In this document: positions 20,446 through 29,315 of the stretch, one piece after another
Layout of the letters: the number at the start of each line of letters is the position of its first letter
Position numbering within the stretch: the stretch's first letter is position 1
Source: Nitrospirota bacterium
Lineage (GTDB): Bacteria; Nitrospirota; Thermodesulfovibrionia; Thermodesulfovibrionales; Dissulfurispiraceae
Assembly (NCBI GenBank): GCA_963790025.1
Contig: CAWBMP010000004.1
Location: 1,344,001 to 1,408,000, forward strand
Length of the DNA stretch: 64,000 bases
Direction: 5' to 3'
Made by a program: the position numbers and the translations under genes
The notes under the pieces: model-generated
What the model saw: only the letters and a program-made list of their open reading frames with translations
Database searches by the model: none
What the model was told of the DNA's origin: nothing

Positions 20446-20979
20446 TCACTCCCTCAATCTGTTGTTCAATAGATATTCTACCTCACCTAGAATCAAATCC
20501 GGCAATAAATCCCTGTTGGTTAAGGTCACTTCACATATCTCAATATCTCTCCTGCCCTTTATGTTTTGGATAAAGTCATCGCCACCCAGCGTAATGGTGC
20601 CGATCACAATATTAGGGGAATCGAGTGCTGCCAGCACAGACTTCCTGAAGGCCTCTGAAAAACACTCCATCTTGCCGATTTCATCAAGAATGATAATATT
20701 GGTGTTACGGGGAATGAGGGAAGGGACGGCAATAGACTCAATATTTTCGATACTGACCCCGTACCTTCTGATATGGACAGGGGACTTGATATCCTGATGA
20801 GCAAGGTAGCCCTTTGTACCCTCAAGGGTTTTCATTAGAAAGCCGGTCCTGTTGCCTTTTGCTCTCTCCTCTTCAGTGTAAAATCCGTTGGCAGGGGCCG
20901 CCAGGGCCGCAATTATTTTTTTGATGACCGTTGTCTTTCCTGATGAGGGTGCACCTGTCAGGAATATATTCTTCTTCAT
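20446..20979 (-). CDS. nucleoside-triphosphatase (THEP1/NTPase_1 family)
   Basis: LTGAPSSGKTT, GFYTEE, DEIGKME. Confidence 0.85.
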   Translation of the reverse strand: MKKNIFLTGAPSSGKTTVIKKIIAALAAPANGFYTEEERAKGNRTGFLMKTLEGTKGYLAHQDIKSPVHIRRYGVSIENIESIAVPSLIPRNTNIIILDEIGKMECFSEAFRKSVLAALDSPNIVIGTITLGGDDFIQNIKGRRDIEICEVTLTNRDLLPDLILGEVEYLLNNRLRE

Positions 20980-21076
20980 ACCAATAATCGTACCCTACGG
21001 GAGAGAGAAAAAGGAAGAAGAAAAGGCAAACAAAATGGAGTAAAATAAAATATGCTGAATAGGAGTTGTAGAACAA

Positions 21077-22387
21077 TTGACAAAGCCTGATTGTAATATT
21101 GCCCTCTTCTGGGATGAGTCCTTTCTCTGGGGATTAATGGCTTATAAGGCGTTAAAGGCCGCATGCCTTCCTTTCAAGCTGATTTGTGCAGAAGATATCA
21201 AAAAGGGTGTCCTTGGGGAATACAGACTTCTTTTCGTTCCCGGCGGGTGGGCCTCAAACAAAATCAAGACGCTCGGTACCGATGGGATTATTAAAATAAA
21301 AGCATTTGTCGGCAACGGCGGCAATTACCTCGGCTTTTGCGGCGGTGCAGGGCTTGCGACACTCGACGGCATAGGACTGCTGAATATCAGAAGAAAACCT
21401 ACAAAAGAGCGGGTCCCGAGCTTCAGCGGGAGGATACGCCTTAACCTGTCTGAACACAGTATATGGCACGGTATCACAGAGCCTGTGTTCCACGCGTGGT
21501 GGCCCTCGCAGCTTGTCCTGGAAGATAAGTCTATAAGAATTCTGGCGACCTATGGAGACGCCTTGCCCGACTCATTTAGTTCAGACTTAAACGTCGGCGA
21601 TATTGGGACCGGCGGCAACTGGGTGGAGATGGAAAAAACCTACAAGATTAACCTTGATCCCCTGCGGCTGAATAATGAGCCTGCTGTTGTCGAGGGCGGC
21701 TATGGCAAGGGAAAAGTCTTGCTCTCGTTGGTCCATTTTGATACACCCGGTGATGCAAACGGCACTGTCGTGCTGAAAAATATATGGCACTATCTTGCTC
21801 CGTGTTTTCCTGTCTCCGTGTCCCAGAGTCGGAGTCCCCGAGAAGTCCTTCGACTTTTTGGCGCAGGTCTCCGTGTCGGGGTCCCAGCGTCGGGGTCCCC
21901 GAAAAGTCCTTCGACTTTTTGGCGCAGGTCTCCGTGTCGGGGTTCACAGACTTCCAGGCTGTTTTCTGAATTCGAATCGGCAGTCGATGATCTGATTGCT
22001 CTTGGCGAGCTGAATTTTATCTGGTTCCGGAGAAACGATATGCTTTTACAATGGCGGAGGGGAGTAAGGGGGCTCGAATACTGTACCTTGAATATATTAA
22101 TAAAAGAAATATCGCAAATTATAAAAAACCGGGGTATTGACCCTTCAGGCATTGCCGATTGCGCATTAAGGATTAATGAATTGCTCGTCCCTTTTGTCGA
22201 AAAGGCAAAGCATCTTCTTATTCTGGAAAGAAATGCTTTGCATAATGGGCATATCACCTATGAAAAGTGTGACGACCCCGAAATCCGGAAAATAAGAAGC
22301 GAGCTTTTTTCCAACTCGAAAAGCTATGGAGGATTATTTAAAGAGCTGATAGATGAGGTTGATGCGCTTTTGTACTCGCTCCTTTAA
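21077..22387 (+). CDS. BPL_N/GATase1-like domain protein with in-frame repeat insertion
   Basis: VPGG, GGNYLGFCGGA, YGKGKVLL..VHFD; helical C-terminal domain; TTG start. Confidence 0.7.
   Translation: MTKPDCNIALFWDESFLWGLMAYKALKAACLPFKLICAEDIKKGVLGEYRLLFVPGGWASNKIKTLGTDGIIKIKAFVGNGGNYLGFCGGAGLATLDGIGLLNIRRKPTKERVPSFSGRIRLNLSEHSIWHGITEPVFHAWWPSQLVLEDKSIRILATYGDALPDSFSSDLNVGDIGTGGNWVEMEKTYKINLDPLRLNNEPAVVEGGYGKGKVLLSLVHFDTPGDANGTVVLKNIWHYLAPCFPVSVSQSRSPREVLRLFGAGLRVGVPASGSPKSPSTFWRRSPCRGSQTSRLFSEFESAVDDLIALGELNFIWFRRNDMLLQWRRGVRGLEYCTLNILIKEISQIIKNRGIDPSGIADCALRINELLVPFVEKAKHLLILERNALHNGHITYEKCDDPEIRKIRSELFSNSKSYGGLFKELIDEVDALLYSLL
21812..21943. repeat. 61-bp tandem duplication (two copies, 21820-21880 / 21881-21941) inside a CDS
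   Basis: GTCCCAG.GTCGG.GTCCCCGA.AAGTCCTTCGACTTTTTGGCGCAGGTCTCCGTGTCGGG repeated with period 61. Confidence 0.9.
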
Positions 22388-23259
22388 ATAGTTCCTATAA
22401 GCTTAATACAATAATCCTGCGCGGCTTTATTGAATAGGAGCGACAGATGGTTAGAATTAAAATTACGATGTTCATCGGCAAAGGGAAGCACTGCGCTAGC
22501 TGCTGAAACAAGACCATCCCCATGTCCTTTTTTCATTTCTTCAGGTAAGGACTTGCCGGGCAGCAGGCGCCGGGCAACCTCGGACAGTGAAAGGTCTCCT
22601 ATTCTGAAAAGTTCGGCATTTGTACCCCCGGCGGACGCATATAGGATGTGTTTATGCTTCCTGTCTTTGAGCCCAGCATAAAACGGCGATTCAGGAAGCA
22701 ATTCCTTCAACCCCGTGCTGGTAAAAAACAGGAGAATTCTCTGAAAGGCGGATTTGGCAGAATTTTTTTTATGCATTTCGAGTGCCTGTAAGGCAAAAGA
22801 GGCCAGCGGCGACAGGGAGGAGGCCCATTTGGCCATTGTAGTTCCCTGATGCGGAGTGGCAAGAGTGAAGAGACCTCTGACCAAAGGACGGCCCCCCTGA
22901 AGATATTTTCTGGCGATCAACCCACCTCTGCTGTGTCCTATGAGCACCACACCGTTCCCTGTGTGCCGTCCAAATGCTGCAATAAGTGAGTGCAATTCGT
23001 CCACGGCTGACATCATCGGCCCCACAGGCCTGCGCTGGCTCCACGTAAGCACCGAAAAGCCGCGGTCAGCAAGCTCAATAAATAAGCTTTTCATTTCACT
23101 GTCGCCTTTGCGCAGCAGTATCTGAAGACTGTACTTGCCGCCCATAACGCGTGCTTGCAGAGGATTGCTCCAGACTTTCACGTCCATTCCCATGCCGTGA
23201 ATAAATACGGCAAGCGGTTTATCGGCGCTGCCCTCGTAAAATACTGTTTCATTCACCAT
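22384..23259 (-). CDS. alpha/beta hydrolase (lipase/esterase-like)
   Basis: FIHGMG, GHSRGG nucleophile elbow, ATPHQGT, GDGLVS, NHLSLL. Confidence 0.85.
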   Translation of the reverse strand: MVNETVFYEGSADKPLAVFIHGMGMDVKVWSNPLQARVMGGKYSLQILLRKGDSEMKSLFIELADRGFSVLTWSQRRPVGPMMSAVDELHSLIAAFGRHTGNGVVLIGHSRGGLIARKYLQGGRPLVRGLFTLATPHQGTTMAKWASSLSPLASFALQALEMHKKNSAKSAFQRILLFFTSTGLKELLPESPFYAGLKDRKHKHILYASAGGTNAELFRIGDLSLSEVARRLLPGKSLPEEMKKGHGDGLVSAASAVLPFADEHRNFNSNHLSLLFNKAAQDYCIKLIGTI

Positions 23260-23325
23260 TTGCGTCCCCTATTGGTATTACTATACAGGATATCACTATT
23301 CCTGGCGACTTTCTCCCTTAAAAGT

Positions 23326-23505
23326 GAAGAGGCAGTGGGTCAGTTTGTTTTTTCTCTGGCTCAAATAGTCTTTTCTATCCAATCACAGGCATGTACTGAA
23401 GATTATCTGACAGCCACTTCTTAATATGTGGGCTGGGCGGTTACCAGCCCACTGTTGAGAACCCGGGTGATCCAGAGCAAAAACAAACTGACCCACTGCG
23501 TCTTC
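23326..23505. mobile_element. 180-bp intergenic element with 38-bp terminal inverted repeats (MITE-like)
   Basis: 23326-23363 vs 23468-23505, 35/38 complementary; internal hairpin GTGGGCTGG..CCAGCCCAC. Confidence 0.7.
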
Positions 23506-23508
23506 CTA

Positions 23509-23538
23509 TTGACAATTCGATAGCCTTACTGTTATAAA
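23509..23538 (+). promoter_or_regulatory. sigma70-type promoter of the dsrH/E/F-like-tusA operon
   Basis: TTGACA, 18-nt spacer ending in TGn, TATAAA. Confidence 0.6.
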
Positions 23539-23637
23539 TTATGTTGCGTATATCGACATCTTTTTTTCATATTATTCACCTGATATTATAATAAAAGTCT
23601 GTATGCCAGACTAAAAAACGATAGAGGAGGTGTGAGC

Positions 23638-23934
23638 GTGAAACTGGGCGTTTTATTGAGTGAATATCGTAACGGAGCTGATGTCCTCGATAGATTGACT
23701 GCCGATAAGCTCGGCGTAATTCTTGTTGGTAATGGCGTATACAATGCTGCCGTTAAAGAAAAAGGCAAGGCATCCTCAGTCCTCGAAAAACCTGCAACCT
23801 TTTATGTACTTTCTGAGGACCTTGAAAGCAGAGGGTTCACTGCTGCGGACGTCGACAGCCGGGTAAAGGTGGTGACCTACAGCGATCTTGTCGACCTCAT
23901 TTTTAATGACTACGAAAAAACAATATGGATATAA
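23638..23934 (+). CDS. DsrH/TusB-family sulfur relay protein
   Basis: GNGVY, FYVLSEDLESRGF, VTYSDLVDL; GTG start downstream of AGGAGG (alternative start 23632). Confidence 0.75.
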   Translation: MKLGVLLSEYRNGADVLDRLTADKLGVILVGNGVYNAAVKEKGKASSVLEKPATFYVLSEDLESRGFTAADVDSRVKVVTYSDLVDLIFNDYEKTIWI

Positions 23935-23953
23935 TTTTTAAAAGGAGACGAGC

Positions 23954-24316
23954 ATGGGAAAATTAACAATAGGCTGCTTTTCATCGCTGGTCGGCTCGCT
24001 GTCCCTCGATTTCGCCGTCAAACTTTCTGATGCGGCCATACAAAAGGGGCACAAGGTTGATCTGTGGATATCCGGAAACGCCACGATGCTTTCCAAAAAA
24101 GGCCAGAAGGCATTTAAGGATTACTCTGCCCTTGCAAAAAAAGTCCAGGAACTCGTTGCTGCCGGCAATCTGCAGGTAACAGCGTGTGAGGCATGCGCTG
24201 AGGCAAGAGGCTATCACAAAGAGGACACAATGGAAGGTGTTAAAAGATTCAGCATGGACTGGTATCTTGCAAGCACTTTCACAGCTGACAGGGTCCTTCA
24301 TATAGGAGGCGATTAA
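23954..24316 (+). CDS. DsrE/TusD-family sulfur relay protein
   Basis: A..KGHKV.LW..GNA, ACEACAEARG with Cys at the DsrE active-site position, ADRVL. Confidence 0.8.
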   Translation: MGKLTIGCFSSLVGSLSLDFAVKLSDAAIQKGHKVDLWISGNATMLSKKGQKAFKDYSALAKKVQELVAAGNLQVTACEACAEARGYHKEDTMEGVKRFSMDWYLASTFTADRVLHIGGD

Positions 24317-24317
24317 T

Positions 24318-24731
24318 ATGGCGACAAAAAAACTGGGATTTGTTATCAGGACTCTGCCTTATAAAATTGAAGGCTCAAGGCTTGCAATGACCCACGCGAT
24401 TTCGAGCCAGACCGTTGAAATATATCTGGAAGACGGAGATATGGTTGAACCAGTGGTATGCTTTATCGGCGATGGCGTACTCAATTGCCTCAAAAACCAG
24501 CAGGCAATGAAACATTACGGCATCACCAGTCTCGAACAGCATATAAAAAATTCCCTTTTACTTGATCTGAACGTATTGATATGCAAAGAGGACATCGACA
24601 AACTCGGCATTAAGGAAGACGCACTGATAATGGATGCTGAGGACATCGGGGGGGAGACTGTAGCAAAGATTGTTCCCTACAGTGAAATTCAGAAGGCGAT
24701 GGAATCGGTAGACCATCTTCTCTTCTGCTAA
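24318..24731 (+). CDS. DsrF/TusC-like (DsrE superfamily) protein
   Basis: RTLPY, FIGDGV..LKNQ, ICKEDIDKLGI. Confidence 0.72.
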   Translation: MATKKLGFVIRTLPYKIEGSRLAMTHAISSQTVEIYLEDGDMVEPVVCFIGDGVLNCLKNQQAMKHYGITSLEQHIKNSLLLDLNVLICKEDIDKLGIKEDALIMDAEDIGGETVAKIVPYSEIQKAMESVDHLLFC

Positions 24732-24756
24732 TAACCGCAACAGGAGGATTTTTAAA

Positions 24757-25008
24757 ATGGCAGATTTAAAGTCACAAGCACCGACAGAAACATTGGATGT
24801 TTTAGGAAGGGTCTGTCCCTATCCGTTGGTATTGACCAAGAAACAGTTGGAGAAAATGGGTGGAGGCACACTCCTCAAAATTCTGTGCGATGCCCCGGCC
24901 TCTGCCGAGGATTCCATACCACGGTATGCCGAAAAGCAGGGATTCCCGATCGAAGTGGTAAAGCTGGAAGATAAAGGCTACTGGGAGATTTACATCCAGA
25001 AGAAATAG
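24757..25008 (+). CDS. tusA: sulfurtransferase TusA family protein
   Basis: LDVLGRVCPYPLVLTKK (CPxP), D.P.S..SIP. Confidence 0.88.
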   Translation: MADLKSQAPTETLDVLGRVCPYPLVLTKKQLEKMGGGTLLKILCDAPASAEDSIPRYAEKQGFPIEVVKLEDKGYWEIYIQKK

Positions 25009-25024
25009 AACAGCCCCGGCAGAA

Positions 25025-25066
25025 AATAAAAAGGAGCCGAGTTGAATGCTCGGCTCCTTTTTTATT
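25025..25066. terminator. bidirectional rho-independent terminator
   Basis: AAAAAGGAGCCGAG-loop-CTCGGCTCCTTTTTT between convergent tusA and ferredoxin. Confidence 0.88.
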
Positions 25067-25090
25067 GCGGTCCGGGAATAGGGGAAATGC

Positions 25091-25276
25091 CTATATCTCG
25101 GTTATGGTAATTGCGGATGACGGACATACGCCGGTGCAGCTCTCGCAAAAAACGCATTCGCCTGTCTGGTAGGGATCAGACTTGCCGTCTACCATTCTGA
25201 AGACTTCGTTCGGGCATACATTCACGCACTCTTCACAGCCTTCGCATTTGGCTGCATCAATAGAAACGTTATACAT
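25091..25276 (-). CDS. 2[4Fe-4S] ferredoxin (61 aa)
   Basis: CEGCEECVNVCP and CVFCESCTGVCP; AGGAGGT RBS before ATG 25276. Confidence 0.92.
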   Translation of the reverse strand: MYNVSIDAAKCEGCEECVNVCPNEVFRMVDGKSDPYQTGECVFCESCTGVCPSSAITITEI

Positions 25277-25384
25277 TATGATAACACCTCCTGTTTTTCC
25301 TAATATTTTAAAATTTATCGGCACTAAAAATCAAATGTGCTGACCCCTGTGTTTATGACTATATTTTATATGGCTATAATTAGC

Positions 25385-25413
25385 TTGACGCCAATCCATC
25401 TAAGGGATAAACT
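25385..25413 (+). promoter_or_regulatory. sigma70-type promoter of FNOR-cooF-cooS
   Basis: TTGACG-17nt-TAAACT. Confidence 0.55.
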
Positions 25414-25514
25414 TGAGGAAAATGGAGCGGGCAACAGAAATGAGAGGCTATATAGAGCTAATCCTTAAGGGTCTACGCACAAATAGACTTTAAATTAAAA
25501 AGGAGGTTTGCAGC

Positions 25515-26732
25515 GTGAATGCCGTCATTATCGGCTTAAGTGCCGCGGGGCTGTCCTGTCTCGACACACTTTTGAGGTTCTCTCCCGAAGTTAATATAAC
25601 CGCAATATCTGAAGAAAAACACATGCCATACTGCAGATGTATGCTTACGCACTATCTTGGCAGGGTTGTCCGGGAAGACCAGATGATCATAAAAGACATA
25701 TCCGCCTGCCCTGCCAATGTCAATTTCATCTTCGGCGAAAAGGTGGAATCAATTGATGTACACAAAAGGTCTCTGACCTTATCCAGCGGGAAAGAAATAA
25801 GCTATGACAGGCTCCTGGTCGCCACCGGCGCCAACGCCGTCAAACCATTGTATTGTGATGAAGGTAAAAAGACTTTTACTCTGCGCTACATGGATGATGC
25901 AAGAAAACTCGAACAACATGTGAAAGACAGAGCGGTGGTCCTGGGCGGCGGTTTTGTAGGAATAAAAGCCGCGTATGGATTAATTGAGCGAAACGTTAAC
26001 GTTGAAATGATCGTTTCATCTCCTTATCTTCTATCTCTGGTTTTGGATGAAAAGACCTCACGCTTTTTGGAAAAAGACCTTCGTGGATTGGGCATTGGTA
26101 TAAGGACAAAGGACGACATTGCGGAGATAAACATGGAAAAAGACAGTGTTGCCGTTTCACTCAGATCCGGCGTCGAGCTATGCAGCGATGTTGTGGTAGT
26201 TGGAAAGGGTGTAAAACCAAGGGTTGACGTTGCCAGAAAATCGGGACTAACGATCGATCTGGGAATCATGGTAAATCAATTCCTTGAAACATCAGCAGAA
26301 GGTGTTTACGCTGCCGGAGATTGTTGTGAGACCATGGATATAAGCAGAAAAATTCCGTGGATCAATGCGATATGGCCTGTTGCAGTTGAGCAGGGCTATT
26401 TTGCCGGCCTGAATATGTTGGGGTTTAATGCCTCATATCCTGGAAGCATCGGAATGAACAGCCTCAAGACCCATGCCTTCCACCTTATTTCCGGGGGGGT
26501 GCTGAAGGAAGAGGACGGTGTTACCATTTATGAGAAGCACTTCCCGCAAAGAAAACAATTCCGCAAGTTGGCAGTAAGAGACAACGTCCCCGTGGGCATG
26601 GCTTTTTATAACTGCCCGGAGGATGCGGGAACTTATATCAACCTTATCAAAAAAGGTATGCCGCTCAATGCCGACCCCGCTAAGATTGTTAATGCCGAGG
26701 TAAGCATAGCGGACATCCTTAAACCTGTATGA
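25515..26732 (+). CDS. FAD/NAD(P)-dependent oxidoreductase (FNOR, CODH-associated)
   Basis: IIGLSAAG, LLVATGA, LGGGFVG, YAAGDC; AGGAGG RBS. Confidence 0.88.
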   Translation: MNAVIIGLSAAGLSCLDTLLRFSPEVNITAISEEKHMPYCRCMLTHYLGRVVREDQMIIKDISACPANVNFIFGEKVESIDVHKRSLTLSSGKEISYDRLLVATGANAVKPLYCDEGKKTFTLRYMDDARKLEQHVKDRAVVLGGGFVGIKAAYGLIERNVNVEMIVSSPYLLSLVLDEKTSRFLEKDLRGLGIGIRTKDDIAEINMEKDSVAVSLRSGVELCSDVVVVGKGVKPRVDVARKSGLTIDLGIMVNQFLETSAEGVYAAGDCCETMDISRKIPWINAIWPVAVEQGYFAGLNMLGFNASYPGSIGMNSLKTHAFHLISGGVLKEEDGVTIYEKHFPQRKQFRKLAVRDNVPVGMAFYNCPEDAGTYINLIKKGMPLNADPAKIVNAEVSIADILKPV

Positions 26733-26743
26733 CGGAGGTGTAT

Positions 26744-27343
26744 ATGAATGTGGTCGTCGTCAAACCCGAGCGCTGTGTAGGATGTCTTCAATGCCGCTTT
26801 GCCTGCGCCGTAGCCCACTCGATCAGCGATTCACCTTATGCGGCACCCTATGAAACGGTCCTTTCCAAGCCCCGGATACATATCGGTTTATCAAAAAACA
26901 AAGATCCCTTCCCAAATAAATGCAGGCACTGCGACCCTGCGCCCTGCGAGATGGCATGTCTCCCGAAAGCCATATTCAGGGATTCCGCGACCGGCATGGT
27001 GCTTATCAACCCTGACCGGTGCATAAACTGCGGCATGTGCGCAATGGCTTGTCCTTTCGGCGTTGTAAGGTATCATGTCCATATTAACAATAAGACTGCC
27101 GCTCATAAATGCGACCAATGCATCGCGCGGCAGAAGGAAGGCAGGGTCCCCGCCTGTGTCGAGGTCTGCAAGGTTGGCGCTCTTCTCTTCGAAGACTACA
27201 ATAAAGTAATGGACAGGGATACCGACGAAATTTCTTCCCTCGTCTATCTTGGAATAAGATCAAAGGAACAGTCACAAGGACCATACCAGTCCCTGACGGC
27301 ATATAAACACGGATTGGAAGAATTAAGGAGGAAGCAGTCATGA
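26744..27343 (+). CDS. cooF: 4x[4Fe-4S] electron-transfer subunit CooF
   Basis: CVGCLQC, CRHCDPAPC, CINCGMC, KCDQC..PACV; GGAGGT RBS; precedes cooS. Confidence 0.88.
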   Translation: MNVVVVKPERCVGCLQCRFACAVAHSISDSPYAAPYETVLSKPRIHIGLSKNKDPFPNKCRHCDPAPCEMACLPKAIFRDSATGMVLINPDRCINCGMCAMACPFGVVRYHVHINNKTAAHKCDQCIARQKEGRVPACVEVCKVGALLFEDYNKVMDRDTDEISSLVYLGIRSKEQSQGPYQSLTAYKHGLEELRRKQS

Positions 27344-29214
27344 GTGAATACGATAAGCTTTCGATATGCAAAGACGCCCAACTCACACTCAGAAAGGCCC
27401 ATGAAGATGGGGTTGAAACCGTCTGGGACAGATTCAAGAAACAGGAGCCTCAGTGTGGATATTGTGAATTGGGGGTGTCATGCCGCATATGCGTTATGGG
27501 ACCATGCCGTATTGATCCTTTTGGCGAAGGACCCCAATACGGGGTCTGTGGTGCGGACGCAGACATCATGGTGGCAAGAAACCTCGCGCGAATGATCGCT
27601 GCCGGGGCCGCATCCCACTCTGACCATGGCCGCGATCTGGTCGAGGTCTTGCACAAAATAGGCGAAGGGACTGCTCCAGGATACACGATAAGAGACGTCG
27701 ATAAGCTTAAGAGGGTGGCTGCTGAATATGGCATTGATCCCGCAGGACTCAGTAATGAGGCTATTGCTAAACAGCTGGCTGAGGCCATGATGGAAGATTA
27801 TGGGATGAAAAAGAAACAGATTACTCTTATTAACAGAGCACCCAAACAGCGGATCGAGTTATGGGAAAAGCTGAAAGTGATACCGCGGGGCATAGACATG
27901 GAGACCTCCGAGACCATGCATCGCACCCACATGGGGGTTGATAATGAATATGTCTCTATATTGCTGCATGCGGTAAGAAACAGCCTTGCCGACGGTTATG
28001 GGGGATCGATGATAGGCACGGAGCTGTCTGACATCATCTTCGGAACACCCAAACCCGCTTTTTCCGAAGTCAACCTGGGAGTACTGAAAGAGGATTATGT
28101 CAATATTCTGGTCCATGGTCATAGCCCTGTGGTTTCCGAAATGGTCGGACTGGCGGTTGATGACAAAGAGATGGTCGCCCTCGCAAAATCAAAAGGTGCA
28201 AAGGGCATCAACCTCGCAGGACTCTGTTGTACGGGCAACGAGCTGATGATGCGAAAAAAGATCCCCATGGCCGGAAACCACCTTATGACCGAACTGACTA
28301 TGGTAACCGGGGTTGTGGAATCCATGATCGTTGACTACCAATGCATAATGCCGTCGTTGGGACAGGTGGCACAGTGTTATCATACCAGAATGTACACGAC
28401 ATCGGACAAGGCCAAGTTCCCTTTTATGGAGCATGTTGAATTTACTCCTGTGAATGCCAAAGAACAGGCATTCCGAATAGTGAAGGAATCCGTGGACAAT
28501 TTTGACCGCAGGAATAAGGACAAAGTATACATTCCCGATACTCCGGTCAAAAACATGACGGGATTTTCTGTTGAAGCAATAGTTGGAGCGCTCGGCGGGA
28601 GCCTGACGCCATTAATCGACGCTATCAAGGCCGGCAAAATAAAAGGGGCTGTCGGCGTAGTGGGTTGTAACAACCCAAAGATAAAGCAGGATTATGGCCA
28701 TGTTGAACTTATCAAGCGTCTCATCGCAAACGATATCCTGGTACTCACGACGGGATGCGTAAATGTTGCGGCAGGCAAGGCAGGACTTCAGGTGCCGGAG
28801 GCAAAAGAGCTGGCCGGGCCTGGACTCAAAGAGATATGCGGGCTTCTGAATATTCCGCCTTCACTGCATGTCGGCTCGTGCGTGGACAATTCCCGGATAG
28901 TCGCCATTGCTTGCGCACTGGCAAATGCCATAGGAGTAGATATTGACAAATTGCCGCTTGCAGGGGCCGCCCCTGAATGGTATTCCGAGAAGGCGGCAAC
29001 CATTGCCTTTTATGCCATGGCCAGCGGAATATATACTGTGCTGGGGGTGATGCCTCCCATCCTGGGGAGCAAGAACGTCACGGAACTTGCCACATCGGGA
29101 TTGAATGGCGTGTTCGGCGCCTGCTTTGCAGTGGAGCCTGATCCTGTAAAAGCGGCCCAACTCATAACGAATCATATCATGGAGAAAAGGAAAGGATTGG
29201 GACTGGACGCTTAA
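27340..29214 (+). CDS. cooS: anaerobic Ni,Fe carbon-monoxide dehydrogenase catalytic subunit
   Basis: CGYC..GVSCRICVMGPC, HSDH, HGH, LCCTGNE, DYQC, GCNN, TGC, GSCVDN, SEKA all present. Confidence 0.96.
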   Translation: MSEYDKLSICKDAQLTLRKAHEDGVETVWDRFKKQEPQCGYCELGVSCRICVMGPCRIDPFGEGPQYGVCGADADIMVARNLARMIAAGAASHSDHGRDLVEVLHKIGEGTAPGYTIRDVDKLKRVAAEYGIDPAGLSNEAIAKQLAEAMMEDYGMKKKQITLINRAPKQRIELWEKLKVIPRGIDMETSETMHRTHMGVDNEYVSILLHAVRNSLADGYGGSMIGTELSDIIFGTPKPAFSEVNLGVLKEDYVNILVHGHSPVVSEMVGLAVDDKEMVALAKSKGAKGINLAGLCCTGNELMMRKKIPMAGNHLMTELTMVTGVVESMIVDYQCIMPSLGQVAQCYHTRMYTTSDKAKFPFMEHVEFTPVNAKEQAFRIVKESVDNFDRRNKDKVYIPDTPVKNMTGFSVEAIVGALGGSLTPLIDAIKAGKIKGAVGVVGCNNPKIKQDYGHVELIKRLIANDILVLTTGCVNVAAGKAGLQVPEAKELAGPGLKEICGLLNIPPSLHVGSCVDNSRIVAIACALANAIGVDIDKLPLAGAAPEWYSEKAATIAFYAMASGIYTVLGVMPPILGSKNVTELATSGLNGVFGACFAVEPDPVKAAQLITNHIMEKRKGLGLDA

Positions 29215-29241
29215 TAGGCGTTTAATATTTATTTTGTGAAA

Positions 29242-29281
29242 GGGGCACTCTGCCGATAAAGACAGAGTGCCCCGGTTTTTT
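29242..29281 (+). terminator. rho-independent terminator (cooS / dsrP convergence)
   Basis: GGGGCACTCTG-loop-CAGAGTGCCCC then T tract. Confidence 0.85.
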
Positions 29282-29315
29282 ATGAACTGAATTTATGAAC
29301 TGAACAGGGCAATAC

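Noticed and set aside
21820..21941. 61-bp period repeat as a mini-CRISPR
   Set aside because: The whole unit is duplicated with no unique spacer, and it lies inside a CDS
25325..25514. CooA/CRP-type box upstream of the CODH operon
   Set aside because: No convincing TGTCA-N6-CGACA-like palindrome seen
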